Assembly (NCBI GenBank): GCA_053919585.1
Contig: CM132807.1
Strand: one strand, 5' to 3'
DNA: 64,000 nt
Origin: Euprymna scolopes
Taxonomy: Eukaryota
Under the pieces are notes generated by a model. That model saw only the letters and a list, made by a program, of their open reading frames with translations. It was not told the DNA's origin and ran no database searches. A program made the translations under genes and the position numbers. Below, piece after piece: positions 54,911 through 64,000 of the stretch (the first letter of the stretch is position 1; every line of letters begins with the position of its first letter).

Positions 54911-57900
54911 AGCGTAATTCTGACACAGGGTTATGGATGCAATATTACGATGATGGGACCGGGGGTGCAGCTTAGTTCACTAAGCGGGATGTATTAGATT
55001 AGAGACTCGTCGCTGGTCCCTATTAAAAAGTGGAGTGACTTTCATGTGTTATAAAGTAAACATTCTACAAAGGGGTACTTACTTGCTGTTCACCCTCGAA
55101 CAAACATAATACTCTAATCAATCCCGGCTCTGACTGCATAGATGTGCACACTCCGGATATTTTAGCACCTACATATATGTATTTTTATTTGATGATGTTA
55201 ATATCCACCTTAACATTTAGTTTGGTTAGTATTGTTACGCAAAACACCTGGTAGCAACAAACATATCCTATTCTATATCCCATTGCAGGGCATACACTGC
55301 CAGACCCCCACACGTGTGACAGATTGTACGATAAGCTGCTCTAAATTCTTGATCTAATTCAAACTATAACGTTAGAAAATTGCCTAACAAATATTAATAG
55401 AAAACTCAGAAAGGCTAATCAAGGTGTACCATTGGTAGAGATAAATCTAAACTCTGGACCTTAAGTTAATATGTATTACTAAAAAAATGACTTAAAGTGT
55501 GAGAGAGAAGTAATATCAGAGACTCCACGTGTAGTATCATGTTTCGTTTTCTGTAAATGAGATTATTTAATGGTTGTCATCATCAATCACACAAAATTTT
55601 CCCACCTCTATGTATGCGGATTCTATTGTTCATATCTAACATGCATTCCGCAGTGTTTATTGAAATAAATACAAATACGAATAGACAAATGTATATAAAA
55701 GCTAGAATAATTGTAACTATAACATAGACACGGGTAAAAGAAGGAATTTCGAAAACACCAGTAAATGAATTGAATTGCAAAAATGTCGAATCCGTTATTT
55801 CTAGAAAATCGTTTTTCTACTGTTGGGTATGGTGGTATATGATTAAGGCTAAATACACTGTCGAAGGTTGTTTTTGCAACCACTATACTTAAATCTTTTT
55901 TATCGAAATTTTTCGTGGGGAGTAAATCTCGTTGGCATTGAAAGTTTATCAGTGAGTAATTTATTATCTGAAATGATATGTGGTTTATACTGATTACAAA
56001 TTTAATGGTTAATACAAATTTACAAACAAGGTTTCTTAACGCCATTAATTAACATTCTCTATTTAATTATATTTTATATAGAATTCTCAAGAAACTTACA
56101 GTAAAAGCATGTTATAGCTGTAGGGATAATTTTGATAAAGTATTTTAAAACACTATAAAGAACATTTTTCTTATATTGTTTTAAAATTATTAAAGTATTC
56201 ATTAACGCACAGAAAACGGGTGAATTGAATTTCGCAAGGCTTGGGTAAGCGTTGTTTTTTTTTTAATCTTGCCGCCTTTGCAGCTAGTTTACTTGGTAAA
56301 CTCCAAATTAGAAAAGAATGGCACCCGTCATAATAATCTTTATATCAAAAACAAAATTAAAAAAAATATATCAAGAGAGGGGTTGGTCCATAATGTTCTC
56401 TGGCATTCCGAGGAGTTCACTTTTACACTCAGATATGATATAGATATACAAATGTAAGATGATATATAGAAATATAAAAAAGATAGATAGACACATGGAT
56501 AGATAGATCGATAAAATACTTTTTGTGGTAGAAGTATTTTCATTAAATCGACGGTATTATACAGAATGTAGAAATATGCAATACAAATAGTATGTTTATT
56601 AGTTAAGTCAAACTAATCGTCAACTAAGAAAATAAATAAAAAAACGTTGTTACAAATTCAGTAACACTCTTTTTATACAAACATATGCACGTTAGTTACC
56701 GATCGTGTTTCCGCTGGAATATTCACGATTGATTATATTAAAAAGCTTTCCTAATTTTAACTAAGTAAGGATATAAAATCAATGCCATTGGAAAAGATAA
56801 CATCATTTTTTTTTAATATTTCTGTTTGTAAATCAAATACTTCTTGACACAAATGATAGGATAACATTCGAATGTATTTAAAAATCATCACCGGTGAAAG
56901 CCCACATATAATTTACATTTTGCTTATCTTATATTTCTAAATTAATTTAAGTATTTAAATAAGAAGCTACACACCTTAGTATTATTTGTAAAGATTCTAC
57001 TTATAATAGAAATAACTCTTTCCAAATAAAATTCTTACAAAATTGATCGAAATGATAATTTTACTATAACAAATATTGTGTAAGTTATAGACGCTTTACC
57101 TAATTTTACCTGAAATCTATTGAAACATTTCCACGCTTACTTTTATAATATATATTTTTCCATACATACTAAAGTTAATTTTCTATGTGTCTTCTCTCAC
57201 AATAAAGAGTACAATTTTTTTTCCTTAGAGAAAAATGCGTTAATCATACAATAATATGTAATAAAAAACAAAATTCTCTTAAACTATTTCGCCGATCATG
57301 CCAATAGTCTGTGAAGCCTTTTATTCTGATAAGCTGCGACTTATTAAAAATTATGGTACCCGTTGAAAGCAAAGTTCATGATTAGTATTTTTTAATTATA
57401 ACTTAACACCGTATCTACTGAAGAAATTATATCCGAAACTTGTGTGCCGATGAAGATTGAATTCTTACGTGGCTGTTTCTATAATCATATCAGCGAACTA
57501 AGAAATTGCATATGATAGGCAGTAAAATGTCTTATTTTTATTTTTCATTTTTTACTTAATCTATTTTAAATTATTAATACAGTAAATGATGAATTTTGAC
57601 GACTTTTATTCTAATTATTTTATGTTAAACTAAGAAGCATAGTAACCATCTTGATAAAGACCGTTTATTTTACGGCAAGACCATAAATACAATGTTCCAT
57701 GGTGCACACGATTTGGCTTTTCATAAATAGTTAGATATAAATATTGTTAAATTATAGTTATATTTATATAATTATACTAAAAATTAACGATAATGTTTGC
57801 TGTCCTTATTGTTTGATAACTTAAAGGACCATTTGATTGTTAAAAGCAAAATGTTATCTACTCAAAAAATGTAGACTTTCCTCTTGAAAATTCTCAGTAT

Positions 57901-58285
57901 TGATTGATAGATTATTTTTAGTTATTCACTATACTTAAAATTAACTAACACTAAATAGTATCTAGTTAACAACATGTTTACACTTTTTACTGATTATTAC
58001 ATCTACAGTCAGCATTAATTAAAAAAAAAAACTATTATTCCGCAGGAACAAAAAAAAGTAGAGGTGAATAAATATTAAATAGATAAACACTACGGCAAAG
58101 ATGGTTTATACCGAGTAAATCCTTGTTCGTATAAATACAATAACGCGTACATACATATATTAAGAAATTGAAATGCAGGATGTCTATTAAAACATGCCAA
58201 CATATTTTTAAATTATTCTGCACATGCTAAAATTTAATGAATTTCTTTAAATATTTTTAATATTTAGATTTATTATCATTCTTTC

Positions 58286-58358
58286 GGTATAAAAAGCACA
58301 TCGGGAGAGATCGTAGATTGAACTCTAAATCCTCTGGTTTCGATTCTAGCTCATTGCA
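58286..58358 (+). pseudogene. Degenerate tRNA-Phe-like sequence
   Basis: agcacatcgggagag..tagattgaactctaaa..ctggtttcgattct parallels eukaryotic tRNA-Phe AGCTCAGTTGGGAGAG..TAGACTGAAGATCTAAA..CTGGTTCGATCCC; stems broken. Confidence 0.6.
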
Positions 58359-58416
58359 CAAAAACATGATTTTACTTAGTAAATCATGTATCTCTTTTAA
58401 TAAATACGAAATGTAC

Positions 58417-58800
58417 CGTAACGCTGGCTATCACTTGTCTTCATTAGTTGTTGTTTGAATAATAAAAGTAATCAAATGTAAAGCTTTATTTGTCTTTTTA
58501 CATTTTGGAGTGAGTACAGCTCTTGTTAATAATGATCACCGGTAACACACGTCTCGTTGGTTTCGGGGTTTAAAATGTACTGACTACTCGCCTGTCATGC
58601 TGCCAGGGATGTGTTAAGGAAAAAAGATAGAGAAAGAGTGAGAGAGGGAAATGATAAGGTACTTTGGATAGCAGTTTCTTGTTTGTGTTCGGTTTATAAG
58701 AAAGAGAAAGAAAGGAGCTAAGAAACTACTATTTCTTGGGGAATGCTATTCATTTCGTCCTAATTGTTGATTTTTATGTGTTACTCCGGTCATTCCTACA
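58417..58800 (-). repeat. 3' LTR
   Basis: Aligns with 62827-63220 (cacttgtc, acattttggagtgagt, tgtactgactactc, gctaagaaacta). Confidence 0.88.
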
Positions 58801-61800
58801 ATATTCCTCTACCAATTAACAGAATGTTATTTTTTTTATTGAAAGTGTAATAATAAAGGTATACATTATCTTTTTACCATGTGACACTCCTTCCTGATAT
58901 TCTAGTTTTTGGTTTATTTTCCTGCATTTTTCAGGAGGTAAATTATCAGGCTTGTTATTCGTATTTGTAGATGTACTTTTAAGGTAGTTTTGTTTGTTTT
59001 CACTGTAGGGTTTCAAACAATCTATTGAAACTTGTGTTTGGGTTAGTTACTATTAAGAATTATTTAGGGTGTCCGTCCGAGTACCATGTAAGGACCTGAA
59101 TATGATGCTTCTAGCGCTTTTCGAACGCAGTCTATCCTAACCCAAACCTTATTACAGGTTTGAAGTTGATCTGGACCGTATGGTTTTCTTGTTGATGTTC
59201 TTTTCTGTTTGAAAAGTCTGTCAGATCAAGTGGTGCAATAGTTTCATGAAGTTCTCTCGTGAAATTCTGTGTAACCCTTTCTGCATTTGTCGTACCTAAC
59301 GTTAGTTGTGGTAATAGCATTCATACGCCCGTGACGGCATAAAAAGGGGGAAAATGGAGCAGTTGGGCATACTAAGAATTCCAAGGAGGAATATTGGATG
59401 AGCTGAAATCCAAGATCCTTTTCGGAATATTATAACCGATTTAATAGTTTGTTGGGCTCTTTCTTGGAGCATTGCGGATGATAGGTCGTCGTTCGTAGCC
59501 TATACAATCCAATAATAATTTATAGTTCGTTGAATAGTTCGCTTTCAAATTGTGTGCCTTTGTCCGTTATGACATGGAGCGGAACACCAAAGAGAGTAAT
59601 CCACGTGTTTACCAAAGCTTCTGCTACAGTGTGTGCCGTAATAACTGCTATAGGTTATGCTTCTATCCATCGACTCGTTCGATATATACATGTTAAATTA
59701 TACCGATATGGACTGATGTAAGGATGGTCGGACCCTTTTGCTGTGTATAGTGTACAGTATGGAATCTTCATGTTTGTATTCGCAAACGCTGTAATGGTGA
59801 TCTGGTATATCTGTATATGTTTGGTTGTCGACGAGGTGAGGATGCGCATAATTCGTTGATGGTTTTATCCATATATGGCCAGTAAAATGTGTCCTTAATC
59901 ATTTCGATAGATTATTTTATTCCAAAATGTTATACCGAATGTAAGCTGTCGAAAATATATTTTCGTGGCGTGCATGGAACAAGAGGTCTAGGACATGATA
60001 TTGGTGTATCACATAACAAACACTGATCTTTTCTAGATAATGTGCATTTCTTTAAATCTAGAAACGACTGTATTTCTGTGTCTGATTTTTGTGCGTCTGC
60101 CAGTGTTCGGAGGTCATTCATATATTTGTCCAGCAAATGTTGGACGAGATAGACAGTCTGCAACTATATTTTGATTATCCTTGATATGGATTATGTGTGA
60201 AATTAATTCTGTAATAATTGCTAGTAGTTTTTGTTGTCTATCTAATTTTTCAGGTTTAAGACTGTGGAATGCACTGCATATTGGCTTCTGATATATCAGA
60301 AATAACACTTCGCAATTTTCTACGAAGGGCGAAACTGTAAAACCGCTTAATATGCTGCTAAAATTTCACGATCGAAAGTGGAATATCTCGTCTTTGTTGT
60401 CCTCAGCTTCTTTGAGCAAAATTCAACCGGTGTTGGAGTTCCATTTATGAATTGATGTAAGGCAGCGCCTACACCCTATTTGCTGCTGTCCGTGACCAGT
60501 TGAAAGCGTGTACAAGTTGGTTGAGAATTGGGTAACTCTGTTAGCTCAGCAATTATTTTTACAATGTTAGAAAAAGATTTTCCACAGTATTCAAGGTTCT
60601 TAATCCTCTAGGTGTCAGTCTCATTCTTTCAGATAGGGTAAGACTACTTCCGCAAATCCTACTGTTAACTTTTTCTAAAAGCCTACCATACCGAGAAATC
60701 TGCGTACGCTTTTATCATCTTTAGAACATGGAAAAAAATATATTTCTTGGATGTAATCATCAGTTGGCTTGTTTTGTTTATAATTAATTCTGAAGCCTTG
60801 AAAGTCTTATGATGTTACATTGAAAATAGATTTCGGTAATGATGTTTTGGGTATTCTCTTCGTCTATATAATCTTGTGGGTTAGCTCGTCGTCGCCGAAG
60901 ATTAATATAAATAACAGTCGATAACGCGAAAATCCGGTCCATGTATCTTTGAAAAGTTACCGACGATATTTTTATTCCAATCGGCATAAATTCATACCGA
61001 GAATACCCCATTTGTGAAATAACACCGGTTTTGGGAATATCATCGAATGAATCTTGATTTGATGATACGCTGATTTATGATCGATATTTATTAGCGAGTT
61101 TAGTTATAAATGAATCTTTGTTAGGGATGGGTATCTTTCATTTTTAATGACGCTGATTATGGCGCGGCAGTCTGCACAACAACGATATCGCCCACTCTGT
61201 TTATGTGCCAGATGTATTGGGCTTGACCAATCGCTGTTATAATGTTATAATACTTTTGCTTATGAGTTTTTGAATTCTTCTTTGGTCGCCCGTATTTTTT
61301 AGCAGACGGTTGTCTGGATTTGGCAAAAACTGGTGAGTGGCTACTTGTGTCTATTCTGTGAAAACACTGCATTAATTGTTGTTTTTGTTAGTATGTGTAG
61401 AAATAACTTCTGGGTATTTATCCAGGTTGGTTTGAATGAATTCGGGTAGTTCTATTTTGGTTATAACCACGTTTATTGGAGATGTTGTGTTTAACATTAA
61501 TTTATTTCTGGTGGTTGTTACTTTGGCGTAAATTCTTCTGTTTTTGCTTTCAACCGTGGGGTCAGTTTGTTTTTAAGAAGTCAAGTCCGAGGAGGGGATT
61601 GGTGATATCTGCGATTACAAATGTCCAGGAATATGACCTTCTCAAACTTGATATTCCAATGTCCAGGTTTGCTTGGCCGTGGCATTTTATTATCTCTCCA
61701 TTAGCAGTAGTGAGTGATGCCGGTGTTGGTTTTTAGGTAATGCAGTTTACCATGGACGCAACTATTATTGAAATACTCGCACCAACATCTTCTATGAATT

Positions 61801-62544
61801 TTAATATTGTCATGCATTGATCTGTAGTAGTGGCGAACTCAATGGGTCAGGCATAGTTCGCGCTACTAGTTTTCCGAGTGAGTAGGTGTTGCCACGGGTG
61901 AATGCGAGCTTGGTTATATTTTTATATTCTGCTTCTCCGGCCATTTACACCAGGGTTTGCAAGTTCTCGCTTTCTCGGCAAAGTAGAGGTGTTCTCTACA
62001 TATTTTTGTTCAGGAAAGTAGTGCTTAATGCCTATCGCTATATGTAAGTTGCTTTTGGTATTATCTGTTTTCTGCATGTGCTGTGTCATAAACGCTGTCG
62101 CATTAACATTGTTTAGCAAGGGTATGAGTTCATCCGCATGTTTTCCAAGCTGAGATGGATTTAATGCTTTTTTGTAGGAAAGTTTTGGTTAGTTGGGCCT
62201 GTAGAATTTTGTGAATTAAAATGTCTTCGCCGATACGTATTCGTTTTGCTATTAATAGCATCTCTTGTAAACATGTGGAAAGACGGTCTGTAATGGTGAT
62301 GGTTGACATTAATTTGTAAAGCAATTCCAGTTTTTTTTCTTTCGTGTGTTTCTATTTAGAAGCGTATTAATTCTTAATGGTTATTTGTTATTTAATATGG
62401 GGTATTGGTATTTTTGCTAGAATCTATGCAGGCAGAGATGATCTCACTGTGAAGAATCTCGTTGGTTAAGCTGTGAAGTTTTCGTTTCTATGAATTTTGG
62501 ATTTTTTATATTAATTTGTTGCAAGCAGGCTTCGTTCATTCCGC

Positions 62545-62616
<72 letters not shown>

Positions 62617-62816
62617 TGTGTGTATGCATATATTAGACGAAGTAAGGAGGGAAATGAAGTTTTTGCTTTATGCACGTCGGAGGTTCCTTTTTTTTAACGT
62701 TTGCGACATAAAGTGAGAAAGTTACTTGCATTTTCTTGAATTCTCCAACAGGTGTGTTTTCTTTTATTCCTGGTAATATTTGTTCTTTTCTTAGAGGGTT
62801 GAATTGTTCTCTTTAT

Positions 62817-62825
62817 GGGTCACCA
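62817..62825 (-). promoter_or_regulatory. Primer-binding site (TGGTGACCC)
   Basis: TGG-starting motif 1 bp inside the 5' LTR boundary. Confidence 0.7.
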
Positions 62826-62826
62826 T

Positions 62827-63220
62827 TGTAACTATGGCTGACACTTGTCCTTATTAGGTGTTCTTGGAATGATAAAAGTAATACAAATGTAAACTTTTAA
62901 AAGGAAAGAACTTTTATTGCCTTTTTACATTTTGGAGTGAGTGCACCTCTTGTAAATAATGTTCAGCGGAAAGATACGTCTCGTTGTTTCGAAGCAAAGA
63001 GTGTACTGACTACTCCCCTGCCATGCTGGCTAGATGGTGAAAGAAAAAAAGAAATAGAGGGAGAGACGGAAATGATAAGGGACGCTTGATAGCAATTCCT
63101 GGTTTGTGCTCGGTTTAGGAGAAATAGAAAGATGGGGGCTAAGAAACTATAATTTCTTGGAGAATTGTATAATGTTTCTTTTTTTTTTGTTGCTTTTAGG
63201 GGTGACTCAGCTCCGTGTCA
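62827..63220 (-). repeat. 5' LTR (right boundary approximate)
   Basis: Starts TGTAAC on +, homologous to 58417-58800. Confidence 0.85.
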
Positions 63221-64000
63221 GCTCCGTGTTAAAATACATACATTTAAATATATTTAAACGGATTTTAAGCGGAATGCAACATGTTTTGTTAGAGACTAGA
63301 CTAATAAAACTTTTTTTTTTTAATTTCGAGATTTTTACAAGCTTTAAAAACAATAAATATTTTGGCGAAAAATGATATTATTCTCAGTACCTGTGGCAAA
63401 AAACTGCTATATCCTTACTTTAAATAAGAATACAACAAGAAACACGAGGTTATGGGTGAAAGTCGCAAGGGTTTATTTACAAGGGAATACATGTGACATG
63501 AGAGTCACTCCACATATTTACTTATTCTCTTGCTGTCATACACTTTCTGCCTCAGTAACGTGAGAGGGTCAATATATCCATACTTTCTTTCATCTATGAA
63601 GGGATATTAGGTCATTCAATTACACCACCTTCTTCCCAAGCAAAATTATCCCTTAGATTTTTGTTTCTGCCATTTTTTTTTCACTGTGTCAAAAAAATGT
63701 GGTCCTTTTCCTTTCACTTCTCCTCACCATTTGTGTTTGCAGATTTTTTTACTTTTGGAGAGTGACTGGATTTCTGAGCCACTGGTACTTTTTTGTTTGG
63801 AAGTTGTATATGGAAAGTGTCATATTGCACTTCTTTGGTAACTCTTGGTTTCTGACTGTTTCTATTTATATGTATTTCGTGGGAAAAATCGTGCCGTTTT
63901 ATAATGTAAACTATTCTCTCAAGTCTCCTTGAGATTATGCCTTATTCCCAAAAAAACTCTTTCTGCAGTATAATTTTTGATGAAAACTTTATCCGCGTCA

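Larger units (their letters stand above)
58417..63220 (-). mobile_element. Full-length decayed Ty3/Gypsy LTR retrotransposon (different lineage from the 3-18 kb copies)
   Basis: LTR pair; PBS TGGTGACCC; protease DVGASISII, IADITNPLLGLDFL; RT MPIGIKISSVTFQRYMD; RNase H LVTDSS..GVGAALHQ, YSTFDREI; integrase FGVPLHVITDKGTQFESELF, TTTYHPQC. Confidence 0.92.

Overview
AT-rich eukaryotic (probably invertebrate) draft-assembly sequence with six N gaps and abundant (TA)n/(TG)n microsatellites. I found no intact protein-coding gene; the window is mostly decayed transposons. Four Ty3/Gypsy LTR elements: three related Mag/Cer-like copies clustered at 3.4-17.8 kb and one with paired LTRs and a PBS at 58.4-63.2 kb. 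Also two Ty1/Copia remnants, a cecropia-type mariner, R4/Dong-like restriction-endonuclease LINEs, CR1/L2-group LINE 3' ends, a non-autonomous Helitron, solo-LTR-like units and two degenerate tRNA-like sequences. Most ORF-track entries are TE fragments or microsatellite/gap artefacts. The best leads are RNA-level: a tandem pair of GC-rich, hairpin-dense ~380-bp units at 25.65-26.42 kb (probable RTE 5' leader, possible ribozyme), degenerate hammerhead cores near 6.9, 7.7 and 57.4 kb, stacked LINE 3' ends at a TAA target, and a near-perfect 59-nt hairpin. I see no convincing evidence of a new multi-gene system. All family calls rest on motif recognition by eye, not database searches.
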